Shown here in pieces: positions 53,010-64,000 of a stretch of DNA of 64,000 bases (position 1 is the first letter of the stretch; each line of letters begins with the position of its first letter). A model generated the notes under the pieces. The model worked only from the letters and a program-made list of their open reading frames with translations. It had not been told where the DNA came from and ran no database searches. The stretch comes from Squalus acanthias (taxonomy: Eukaryota). The position numbers and the translations under genes are program-made. The stretch covers positions 186,001 through 250,000 of the forward strand of contig JASTWF010000357.1 of NCBI GenBank assembly GCA_030390025.1, written 5' to 3'.

Positions 53010-53690
53010 GGAACAACACGGGTAAGATATACGGTAAAGTTCCCTTAACATTGTATCATCAGACACTCGCTGGGCAGGTATGGCATGGGTTAGACACAGA
53101 GTAAAGCTCTATCTACAACGTGCTAACAACTCATCCGTGGGCAGGTACAGCACGGGTTTATTCCAGAGTAAAGCTCCCTCTACAGTCTCCCCTCAAACAC
53201 TCCCACTGCATGTAAAGGACGGATTAGATACAAAGTAATGCTCCCGCTACACTGTCCCATCATATACTCCCATGGCAGGTACAGAACCGGTTAGATACAG
53301 AGTAAAGCTCCCACTACACTGGCCCATCAAATACTTCCAAGACAGGTACAGCAATTGTTAGATATAGAGAAAAGCTCCCGCTACAATATTCCATCATATA
53401 CTCCCAGGCAGGTACAGTACGGGTTAGATGCAGTATTAAGCGTCCTTTCGACTGTCCCGTCAAATATTCCCAGGCAAGGTACGGCAGGGGTTAAATACAG
53501 TGTAAAACTCGCTGTATTTTGGTTCATCAAGCACAGTCAACTCAGATACAGCATGTGCTCAATGCCGTGTAAAGCTCCTCAGAAACTATCCAATGAATCA
53601 AATCAACTCAGGTACAGCACGGTACGGATACAGAATAAAACTCCGTGTACATGTAATTTTCAAGCTCTCCCAGGTGAGGTATGGGCAAGA
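53010..53690. repeat. Degenerate ~67-bp satellite (also 54830-55255, 56968-57030)
   Basis: Consensus acactgtcccatcaaacactcccaggcaggtacagcacgggttagatacagagtaaagctccc. Confidence 0.85.
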
Positions 53691-55255
53691 TTCACACAAG
53701 AGTGATTCCCCAGTCAAATTGCGGCATCAAAGGCCGAGCCTTACGGCAAATGTTGAACAACTGCTGATACCAGGTTCGACTCTCAACTCGGCAAAATCCT
53801 GGACTGATTGGATTCTCAGCAAAGTTCCCCATCTATGAAATCATTGCTGAAGCTTTCTGTTTTATCCTATCTTTGATTCTGGGGGCCATGGTACCACCAG
53901 ATATGTTGTGTGAAACCAATGACATTTCTCCGATCCCAGTTAGTGTGGTGATGATTCGCCTTCTCTCACTATCCACCGTCCTGAGGTACTGCTGACTCCG
54001 AGGAACCACCAATATATAAAAATGCTTCATGTGAATTCCATAAACTGTGATCGGAATACAATGGGACTAACTTTGTGACTATGAATATATTAAATTTGAA
54101 TATATTTACAATTAATTAAATTTGGTTGAATAACTTACTTTAATATTAACATGTTCTTTTCTGTCCTTACCCCTATTTATAGGGGTTGTACTCACTAACA
54201 ATATCTACTGCCAACTCCAGCTCCGCCCACAATAACTCACCACTGATGGGGCATAACCAGGGGCGGAAACCTGTTTCCAGGTGACTTCACAAAGGAGCCA
54301 GAAGCCAATCATACAGCAGCCAGTAACAATGCCACAAAGCAGCCGGAGCTCCGCCCAGTTGAGGTGTCGTAGGGTCACATGACCATGCACTGCACCTGGC
54401 GTGCAGTCTCACTGGGGATGAATACATGTTGTTCATTCAGTCCCGTCTCCGACCCGCACAATCTACTGAAATCCCAGGCAAGGAGCAGAACCATGCAAAA
54501 TTACCCCTTACTCATTCTCCTTCCCATCCTCCAAATATGAGGTCCCACGATTCATTGGCCCACATTTCCACCTTTTGATTTATACACCCCAAACACTCCC
54601 TCACATAATATGAAGTAGTGCGTCTCCCTCCTTTCTCGACAGTGAAATGCAGCTTGACGTCATGGTGCGTTGATTAAGATATAACAACCACCTCATCTGT
54701 GTTCTAAAACAAGTCTATTCCCTGTAACAGGAAGGGGCGTCAGAGGCACATTGTAGGGATCATCAGGGCTATAAATGGTTGGGGCCATATGAACAATAAT
54801 TGGAGGGGAAATCATGGGCAATAATAGTTAAAGCTCCGTCTACACTGTCCCATCAAACACTCGCAGTCCAGGTACGGCACGACAGACATGCAGATTAAAT
54901 CAACCGCTACACTGTCCCATCAAACACTCACCGTTCAGGAACAGCATGGCTTACATACATTGTAAAACATATTTAAAGTACCAATAAAACACTCCCACTT
55001 CAAGTCAATCACGAAATAGATGCTGAGCAATGTTCCCTCTAAATTGTCCCATCAAACACACCCAGGTTAGGTACAGTATGGGTAAATACAAAGCAAAGTC
55101 CCCTCAACACTGTCCCATCTGAAACTCCCAGAGTAGGTAGACAGGGGTTAGATACCGTGTAATTCTCACTGTGTTATCGTTCATCAAGCACAGTGAACTC
55201 AGATACAGCATGTGAAAAATGCAGTGTGCAGCTTCGCTGAAAATATCCAATGAAG

Positions 55256-56967
55256 CACACCATCCGAGAGTCTTGAAGGAAGTGGCGGTAGGGATTGTAG
55301 ATGCATTGGTAATAATTTTTCAAAACTCCCTGGATTCCGCTAAGGTCCCGGCAGACTGGGAAACTGCTAATGTAACACCCTTATTTAAAAAGGGCAGCAG
55401 ACAGAAGGCTGGTAACTATAGACGGGTTAGCCTAACATCTGTGGTAGGTAAAACTTTGGAGTCCATTATTAAGGAAACAGTAACAGGACATTTGGATAAT
55501 CATAATTTAATAGGACAAAGTCAGCATGGTTTTACGAAGGGGAAGTCATGTTTGACAAATTTGCTGGAGTTCTTTGAGGAAGTAACATATAGAGTGGATA
55601 AAGGGGAACCAGTGGACGTAGTGTATTTAGACTTCCAAAAGGCATTTGACAAGGTGCCACACAAAAGATTATTGCTTAAGGTAAAAAATCACGGGATTGG
55701 GGGTAATATTCTGGCAAGGATAGAGGATTGGCTATCTAACAGAAAGCAAAGAGTTGGGATAAATGGTTCATTCTCAGACTGGCAATCAGTAACTAGTGGT
55801 GTTCCACAGGGGTCAGTGCTGGGTCCCCAACTCTTTACAATCTATATTAACGATTTGGAGGAAGGGACCAAGTGTAACATATCAAAATTTGCAGATGATA
55901 CAAAGATGGGAGGGAAAGTAGTGCGTGAGGAGGACATAAAAAACCTGCAAGGGGACATAGACAGGCTAAGTAAGTGGGCAGAGATTTGGCAGATGGAATA
56001 CAACACTGGAAAGTGTGAGGTGATGCACTTTGGCAGGAAAAATCCTAGAGCAACTTATTATCTTAATGGCAAGAAACTGGAGAGTACTGAAGTGCAAAGG
56101 GATCTGGGGGTCCTGGTGCACGAAACTCAAAAGGTTAGTATGCAGGTGCAGCAAGTGATTAAGAAGGCAAATGGAATGTTGGCTTTCATTGCTAGGGGGA
56201 TAGAATATAAAAATAGGGAGGTATTGCTTCAGTTGTACAAGGTATTGGTGAGACCGCACCTGGAATACTGCATACAGTTTTGGTGTCCTTACTTAAGGAA
56301 ATACATCCTTGCTCTCGAGGCAGTGTAAAAAAGGTTCACTCGGTTGATCCCGGGGATGAGGGGGTGTTCATATGAGGAGAGGTTGGGTAGATTGGGACTC
56401 TACTCATTGGAGTTCAGAAGAATGAGAGGGAATCTTATTGAAACATATAAGATTGTGAAGGGGTTGGATCGGGTGGATGCGGGGAGGATGTTCCCGATGA
56501 CGGGTGAGACTAGAACTAGGGGACATAGTCTTAGAATAAGGGGCTGCTCTTTCAAAACTGAGATGAGGAGGAACTACTTCACTCAGAGGGTGGTAGGTCC
56601 ATGGAATATGCTGCCACAAAAAGCTGTAGAATCTACATCATTAAATAAATTTAAAACAGAAATCGACAGTTTCCTAGAAGTAAAGGGCATTAAGGGTTAC
56701 GGGGAGCGGGCAGGAATTTGGACATGAGTCTCGGTTCGGATCCGGTCATGGCCCTGTGGGTAGTGGAGCGGGCCCAGGGACCGTGTAGCCTGATTCTGCT
56801 CCTATTTCGTGTGTGCAATTCTGTTAGATGCAGGAGATGGTTCTGTGATAGATAGTAGATTGGCGGTTAGGATCAGATCAGCCATGATCTTATTGAATGG
56901 CGGAGCAGGCTCGAGGGGCCGATTGGCCTACTCCTGCTCCTATTTCTTATGTTCTTATGTTCTTATG
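55256..56967 (+). mobile_element. Young CR1 (RT to 3' end; single in-frame stop)
   Basis: ORFs 55219-56328 and 56344-56727 in one frame, TAA at 56326-56328; (ttcttatg)n tail. Confidence 0.95.
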
Positions 56968-57624
56968 TAAGGCATGGTATGAATACGGAACAGAAATCCC
57001 TGTACATGTAAGCATCATTTCCTCCCAGGTAAGGTATGGGCGACATTTACATATCAGTGAATACCCAGTCAAATTGCCGCATCAAATGCCGAGTGTTTTG
57101 CCAGTAATTAAACGGCACCCAATAGCTTGTTAGACTCTCACCTTGAAAAAACCCTGTACTGATGAGATTCTCAGTGGAGCTCCTCGCCTTTCCAATCATT
57201 CATGATGCTTCCTGATTAATCCCGTCTTGTTCAATGACAGTTTTGGTCCCATCAGATCTACTCTGTGAAACCAGCGACCATTCTCGAGTCGCAGTTAGTG
57301 TGGTGCTGATTCGACATTGTTCTCTCCACCTTCCTGAGATAATGCTCTCGCCGAGAATATTTTAATATCAAAATGATTCATTAATTCTGGATTCTGTTAC
57401 TCAAATACAATGGGACTAATTTTGCGTCTATCAATATATTTAATTTGAATATATTTACAATTAATGACAGTTGGTTGAATTACTTACTTTAATATTAGAT
57501 TGTTCTTTTCTTTCCGAGCCCCTGTTTATAGTGACTGAACACACTCACAATATCAGCTGCCAACTCGAGCTCCGCCCACAGTAACACACCACTGATGGGG
57601 CATGACCACGGGCAGAAACCTGTC

Positions 57625-60415
57625 ATAAAAAGAGAAAATGCTGGAAATACTCAGCCGGTCAGGCAGTATCTGTGAAGAGAGTAACAGAGTTCACTTTTCA
57701 GGTCGGTGACCCTTCGTCAGAACTGGAACAAAGCTGGAGATGTAACAAATATTAAGCAAGTGTAGGGGCAGGGAAAGGCGGGAAGGGGAGGAAAGAAAAA
57801 AAGGGAAGATCTGTGATAGGATGGATGGCAGGAGAGATTAAGAGACATTAAGAGAGATTAAGAGTTGGTGCAAGACAGAAAGAGATTTTAATTGGACAAG
57901 TTAAGAAACAAAAGATGGCTCTAGATGAAGTGCAAATGGCACTGGCAGAATGATGCACAGCTGCCATGTGGGAGAGAGAAAACATTTAAAGTAAATGCAA
58001 AAAACGGATAGGGGCAGAGGGTAAGGTCTGAAATTGTTGAAAACTGTTTTGAGTCCAGAAGGCTGTAAAGTGCCTAATCGAAAGATGAGGTGCTGTTCCT
58101 CGAGCTTACGTTCAGCTTCATTGGAACAGTGTAAGAGTCCGATGACGGAGAGGTCAGAGTGGGAGTGGAGCGGAGAATTAATGCGACAGGCGAACGGAAG
58201 CTCGAGGTCCCCCTTACGGACTGAACGGAGGTGTTCCGCAAAGCGGTCACCCAATCTGCGTTTGGTGTCCCCAATGTAGAGGAGACCGCATCGTGAGCAG
58301 CGAATACAGTATGCTAAATTTCAAGATGTACAAGTAAATCGCTGTTTCACCTGGAAGGATTGTCTGGGGCCGTGGACATTGGGAAGGGTGGAGGTAAAAG
58401 GGCATGTGTTCCATCTCCTGTGCTTGCACAGGAAGGTGCCGGATGAAGGGCAATGGATGTTGGGGTTGATAGAGGAGTGGACTAGGGTGTCGCGGAGGGA
58501 GCGGTCCCTTGGGACTGCTGAAAGTTGAGGGGCAGATGTTTTTGTGGTGGTATCACGCTGGAGGTGGCAGAAATGGTGGAGGATGAGCCGTTGAATATGG
58601 AGGCTGGTGGGGTGAAAGATGAGGAAAAGGGGAACGCTATCCTGGTTCCGGGAGGGAGGGGAAGGGGTGAGAGCAGAAGTGCGGGAAATAGAACGGAATC
58701 GGTCAAGGGCCGTGTCAGCCACAGTAGAGGGGAATCCTCGTTCAGGAAAAAGGAAGACATGTCGGAAGCACTGGTATGGAAGGTGGCATCGTCAGAGCAG
58801 ATGTGGCAGAGATGGAGAAACTGGGATTATGGAATAGAGTCCTTACAGGAATCGGGGTGGGAGGAAGTGTAGTCCAGGTAGCTGTGGGAGTCAGTGGGCT
58901 TGTAGCGAATGTTTGTCAGTAACCTATCCCCAGAGATGGAGTCAGACAAGTCGAGGAAGGGAAGGGAAGAGTCGGAGATGGAGATAGGAAGGTGAGGGAA
59001 GGGTGGAAATTTTAAGCAAAGTGAATGAAATTTTCTAGTTCAGGGCGAGAGCAGGAAACAGCACCGATACAGTCATCAATGTTTCTGAAAAAGAGGTAAG
59101 GGAGGGGACCTGCGTAGCACTGCAACAAACAATGTTCCGCATATCCCACGAAAAGGCAGGCATAGCTGGGTCCCATGCGGGTTCCCATAGCAACAGCTTT
59201 AATTTGGAGGAAGTGAGTGGTGTCAAAGGAGAAGTTGTTCAACATGAGAACAAGCTCAGCCAGGCGGAGGAGGGCGGTGGTGGATGGGGACTGGTTGGGC
59301 CTCTGTTCAAGGAAGAAGCGGAGCGCCCTCAGGCTGTCCTGGTGGGGGATGGAGGTGTTGAGGGATTGGACGTCCATAGTGAAAAGGAGAAGGTTGGGTC
59401 CAGGAAACTGGAAACTGTTAAACTGGCGGAGAGTGTCCGAAGAGTCGCAGATTTAGGTGGGAAGTGACTGGGCAAGGGGAGAAAAAATAGAGTCGAGATA
59501 GGAAGAGATAAGTTCCGTGGGGCAAGAGCAGGCTGAAACGGTGGGTCTACCAGGGCAGTCCTGTTTGTGGATCTTGGGGAGAAGGTAGAAGCGGGCTGTG
59601 CGGGGTTGGGGATCTATGAAGTTGGCGGCCGTGGAGGGAAGTTTTCCAGAGGAGATGAGATCAGTGACAGTCTTGGAAACGGTGGCTTGATGTTCGGGAG
59701 TGGGGTCATGCTCCAGGCGGATGTAGGAGGCGGTGTCGGTGAGTTGGCGTTCAGCCTCTGCTAGGTAGAGGTCGGTTCGCCAAACAACAACAGCACCACC
59801 CTGGTCAGCAGGTTTAATTACAATGTTGGGGTTGGATCTGAGAGAATGGAATGCTTCAAGTTCAGAGGAAGGTAGGTTGGAGTGGGTAAGGGGAACAGAG
59901 AAATTGAGACGGCCGATGTCACGCTGGCAGTTAGCAATGAAAAGATCTAGAGAGGGTAAGAGGCCAGAGGGAGGGGGCCAGGTAGAACCAGAATTCTGAA
60001 AACGGGATAAAGGGGTAGCTGTGCAGGGGGAAGACCCCTGGCCAAAGAAGTGGGCACGGAGATGAAGGTGGCGGAAAAAGTGCTCAGCATCGTGCCGAGC
60101 TCGAAATTCCTCCAGGTGGGGGCGTAAGGGGATTTAGCTCAGGCCTTTGCTAAGGACTGATCGTTCGGGGTCAGAGAGGGGAATGTCAGAGGGGCTAGTG
60201 AAAACATGACAGGGGGTGAGATTGGAAGAAGGGATGGGGTCAGAGGAACGAGAAGTGGAAGAATGTTCCGGAGGGATGCTGGTGTCCAAGGGTTGTTGAA
60301 GCTTGCGATCCTTTAAACCTGAAAGGAAGAAAACAAGTTTTTTGTTAAAGCGCCGGATGAGGCAAAGGATGAAAAGGTACTGCGGACCAGGACAGCTTTG
60401 AGATAGAGTGAGTTG
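57625..60415 (-). mobile_element. Penelope-like element (RT + GIY-YIG + pLTR), degenerate
   Basis: MDVQSLNTSIPH, AMGTRMGPSYA, RNIDD, GDRFAEH, RKLEEQHLIFRLGTLQPSG. Confidence 0.92.
57688..57724 (-). ncRNA. Minimal hammerhead ribozyme motif in Penelope pLTR (cleavage site mutated)
   Basis: agtt-CTGACGA-agggtc-acc-gacct-GAAA-agtg-aact. Confidence 0.6.
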
Positions 60416-60424
60416 GTGCTGCTG

Positions 60425-60995
60425 AAGAGTTTTGCTAAAGCGCCGGATGAGGAGAAGGATGTGGTTGGAAGTGTTCAGTTCAGGTCACCACACCTTAGGA
60501 AGTGTTTTTCAGCCTTGGAGGAAGTAAAGTCTAGATTTACCGCAATGATACATAGACTCCCAGGGTTAAATTACGAGGAGCGATTACTCAAACAAGGTTG
60601 TATTACCTGGAATTTAAAAGCTTAAGGGGTGATTTGATTGAAATATTCAAGATATTAAAGCGAACTGATAGGGTAGATAGAGAAAAGCTTTTTCCGATGG
60701 TTGGCGAGTCTTGGACGAGGGGGCAGAGACTCAGGAACAGAGCCAGACCTTTCAGGAGTGAAGTTAGGAAACACTCCTACATGCAATGGGTGGTAGAAAT
60801 GTGTAACTCACTTCCGCAATCTACAGTTGATGCTGAGTCAAATGTTAATTTTAAACATGAGACTGATCGTTTTTTGTTAACCTCCGGGATAGCGGGAAAA
60901 GGGATATAAACGGAGCTGGGTCACAGATCACACATGATCTCATTAAATGGCGGAACAGGCACGAGGGGGTAAATGGCTCACTCCTGTTCCTATAA
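60425..60995 (+). mobile_element. CR1 3' fragment
   Basis: LRGDLIEIFKILK, ESWTRG; CR1 tail. Confidence 0.85.
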
Positions 60996-61063
60996 TGAGT
61001 GTGAAATGATCGTGTTTCAAGGTGCTGCACGCAAGTGGAGATGAGAATCGCGATTAAAAAGAA

Positions 61064-61136
61064 AGCTCGAATAGGGACTTGAACTCTGAACCCTCAAATT
61101 AAAAGTCTGATGCTCTGTCGACTGAGCCATCCGGGC
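61064..61136 (-). tRNA. tRNA-Lys(TTT), probable pseudogene
   Basis: GCCCGGATGGCTCAGTCGACAGAGCATCAGACTTTTAATTTGAGGGTTCAGAGTTCAAGTCCCTATTCGAGCT then TTTTT; D-loop GG lost; T-stem mismatches. Confidence 0.8.
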
Positions 61137-61514
61137 TTCGTTATGGGTGGGTCATACAACGACTTTAATTGGCTCAGGTATTGCATTACACACCCAACCA
61201 ATTGCATTTGCTTCTCCAGTCATCCCCCCTGCACAGCGCATTTCTCTCACAAACGCAGACTGACTGCCCCCACCGGCTTCACTTCAGGAACAGTGTCCCT
61301 CCCACAAAGGACACGCTCTTTAACAGCGGGCTCAGATGTGAAAACGGAGGTGTCAGTTTGTTACAGTAAATAAATGAGGGCATCTGGCGCTTCTCTCCCT
61401 AACACTGGTGAACTAGTGAGACAGACTTTACAGCAAGGTTCTGTTTATTGTGAAAAAGCAAAGGAAATATTGTTGCGGAATAATCCCCACTCCAATCAAA
61501 GCTAAAATCAGTTT

Positions 61515-61586
61515 TGACGCCGACGTGATTTAAACACGCAGCCTTCAGAGCTGGAGTCAGACGCGCTGCCGTTGCGCCACGGAGTC
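61515..61586 (-). tRNA. tRNA-Trp(CCA), probable pseudogene
   Basis: GACTCCGTGGCGCAACGGCAGCGCGTCTGACTCCAGCTCTGAAGGCTGCGTGTTTAAATCACGTCGGCGTCA; T-loop TTC>TTT; stem mismatches. Confidence 0.8.
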
Positions 61587-61892
61587 ACAATAGCAGCAAA
61601 CTGCTCAGAATACATGTACAGGTAGAGCAGCTTTCTAAAAACAATTAAACTTTCGGCGTGTAGACAATAGTTAGAACTACAAACAAGGCCGTGTGAAAAT
61701 ATAAACGGTGGTTGTGTATATAGAATCATATAAATTCACAGCACAGAAGGAGGACATTCGACCCGTCGTGCCTGTGCTGGCTCAGAAAGAGCAGCCGTGC
61801 TATATTTCCACATTAGTCCTCCCAAAGTGCATCACTTCACACTTCTCTGCATTGAACTCCATCTGCCATGATTCCGCCCATTTCACCATCTA

Positions 61893-62170
61893 AGAAACAT
61901 AGAAGATGGGAGCAGGAGTAGGCCATTCGGCCCCTCGAGCCTGCTCCTTCATTTAATGAGATCGTGGCTGATCATCCAAATTCAGTACCCTGTCCCTGCT
62001 TTCTCCCCATGTTCCTTGATCCCTTCAGCCTTATGAAATATATCTAAGTCCTTCTTGAATATATTTAATGAATTGGCCTCAACTGCCTTCTGTGGCAGAG
62101 AATTCCACAGGTTCACCACTCTCTGGTGATGAAATTCCTCCTCATCTCAGTCCTAAATGGCTTACCCGTT
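61893..62170 (-). mobile_element. CR1 3' end
   Basis: Same tail as the copy at 18810-19090. Confidence 0.88.
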
Positions 62171-62171
62171 A

Positions 62172-62206
62172 ACCTGACGAAGGAGCAGCGCTCCGAAAGC
62201 TTGTGA
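62172..62206 (+). ncRNA. Minimal hammerhead ribozyme motif (Penelope pLTR type)
   Basis: CTGACGA-a-ggagc-agc-gctcc-GAAA-gc-UU; palindromic aagctt stem III. Confidence 0.7.
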
Positions 62207-62244
62207 TTTCAAATAAACCTGTTGAACTATAACCTGGTGTTGCT

Positions 62245-63775
62245 CTTTTTGGTTGGACAAATCAAAATTTACTGTAAATCAATTAAAACTTTAAATGAAA
62301 CTTAATAAATCAAATCAAAATTTGGAAGTCCGGGGTGACGATGCACTCCAGCCCCCGCGGCGCCCACCGGTCGCGGAAAAACTCAAGCGTGCCGGCGGAC
62401 ACCGCGTGCTCCATCTCCAGGGCCACCCGGGCGCGAACATGGCCGCGGAAGAGAGGCAGGCAATCGGGCCGAACGACCCCCTCGACCGCCCGCTGCCTGG
62501 ACCAATTAATGGCTTTCTTGGCCAGGCCCAGGAACAGTCCTACGAGGAGGTCCTCCGACCTACCCGCTCCCCTCCGCACCGGGTGACCGTAGATCAGGAG
62601 CGTGGGGCTGAAGTGCAACCAGAAATTGAAGAGCAGCCCCTTCAAATAATGAAAGAGGGGCTGCAACCTCTCACACTCAATATAAATGTGATAGATGGAC
62701 TCCTCCAGGCCACAGAAATGGCAAGCAGCCTGGGAGTCCGTAAACCTACTTAAAATCCTATTGCACGGGACTGCTCCATGCAACACCCTCCAGGCCAAGT
62801 CCCCAATAGAACAAGGGAAGACTCCCGCGTAGAGAGCCTTCCAATGGGGACCTTCGCCTCCACCGGACGGCAGGATGGTACGCCAAGGCATGTCCGGACG
62901 GCAGACGAAGATGGCAAAGTGGAGAGTGTGCAGGAGCAGCCCGTACAGGAAACGCCTCCGTGCGGATTGAAAGGGCACGGAGGGCATTTCTCCGAGAAGG
63001 CTCAAGTGGTGAGGCGGCGGCTCCCGAGGGAGGATTCGGGGCCGGGCGCCGATAAGGAATTCCGTCCGAACGGGGGTCAGTTCGGACGGGATCGCCCCAC
63101 GTGCCTGAGCCTCCTCGACACACCTAGTGGAGACGGGGCCCAGTGCCACTTTTAGCGACTCGATGGCTTTGACCGCGAGCCGGACGTTGACCCAGGACAT
63201 GCGCCTCGCCAACTCCTCTGGCGCCATCCAGCCCGCTCCTCCGCCATCGAGCAGGTCCCCGACTCTGGTCACCTTACCGGGCACAGCCCTGCCCTCCGCC
63301 AGCCTGCCGAACCCGCGGTCGTGGAGGTGCGGATTCCTGAACACCGGCTCCCGAAGGACGGCCGCCGCTCCTGACGGGGGAGAAATGCGCTCGGAGGCGA
63401 CGCTGTTCCAAACCCATAGCAGTTCCTGGTAGAAGACAGGCAGCTCCCGCAGGCTGGCACGCGTGCCACCCACTCTCACAAACAGGAGCTGCGTGTCGTA
63501 ATTGAGGCCGTGCAGCTGGCGGAAGAAATACGTCGCCAGCGCACGCCACCTAGGAGGATTCTCCACGTACAGGTATCTCTGCAGCGTCTGAAGACGGAAA
63601 GTCGCCGCCTGGGTGCGAAGGCACACCAGAGCCCGACCGCCCTCCCTAAGCGGGAGACTCAAAACCGCGGCAGAGACCCAGTGCTTCCTTTTGTCCCAGA
63701 AGAAGTCGACGAGCTTCTTCTGCATCTTGGCGACAAAAGCAGGGGGAGGGATCAAAGTGACCAACCGCTACCACA
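62245..63775 (-). mobile_element. Tx1 (L1-clade) retrotransposon, ORF2 C-terminus with CCHC zinc knuckle
   Basis: 484-aa open frame 62310-63764: WRVLHGAV, CHFCGLEESIYHIYIEC, MEHA; short A-rich 3' end; CpG-rich. Confidence 0.88.
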
Positions 63776-64000
63776 ACATAAGAACATAAGAACATAAGAA
63801 ATAGGAGCAGGAGTAGGCCAATCGGCCCCTCGAGCCTGCTCCGCCATTCAATAAGATCATGGCTGATCTGATCCTAACCGCCAATCTACTATCTATCACA
63901 GAACCATCTCCTGCATCTAACAGATTTGCACACACGAAATAGGAGCAGAATCAGGCTACACAGTCCCTGGGCCCGCTCCACTACCCACAGGGCCATGACC
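63776..64000 (-). mobile_element. CR1 3' UTR (same young subfamily as 55256-56967), runs off the window
   Basis: Near-identical reverse complement of 56743-56968. Confidence 0.93.

Larger units (their letters stand above)
51905..57622 (-). other. Triplicated ~1.8-kb unit with TATA/GC-box promoter-like region, separated by satellite blocks
   Basis: Homologous blocks at ~51905-53005, ~53680-54790 and ~57030-57622 (third truncated by Penelope). Confidence 0.8.

Noticed and set aside
61064..61586. Functional tRNA-Lys and tRNA-Trp genes
   Set aside because: Invariant D-loop or T-loop bases altered and stems mismatched; kept as probable pseudogenes

Overview
Eukaryotic, repeat-rich vertebrate DNA. 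The repeat families (HE1/V-SINE, Deu-SINE, CR1, Penelope) and the NLR type point to a cartilaginous fish (shark); this is an inference. The one intact host gene is a + strand NLR immune receptor (death-fold/CARD-like + NACHT + RI-type LRR). Twelve exons (4066-29275) splice by GT-AG into one open frame of at least 1107 aa, and the start exon was not found. Its LRR region is a tandem array of ~312-bp exon+intron cassettes with near-identical introns and variable concave-face residues, and its Walker A lacks the first Gly. The rest of the window holds nested CR1/L2 LINEs, two Penelope elements with minimal hammerhead ribozyme motifs, a two-gene Harbinger transposon with two related MITEs, a young Tx1 element, two solo LTRs and a retroviral pol relic. 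It also holds several satellites, four decayed tRNA genes and a triplicated ~1.8-kb promoter-like unit of unknown function. All coordinates were read by eye; repeat boundaries are approximate.
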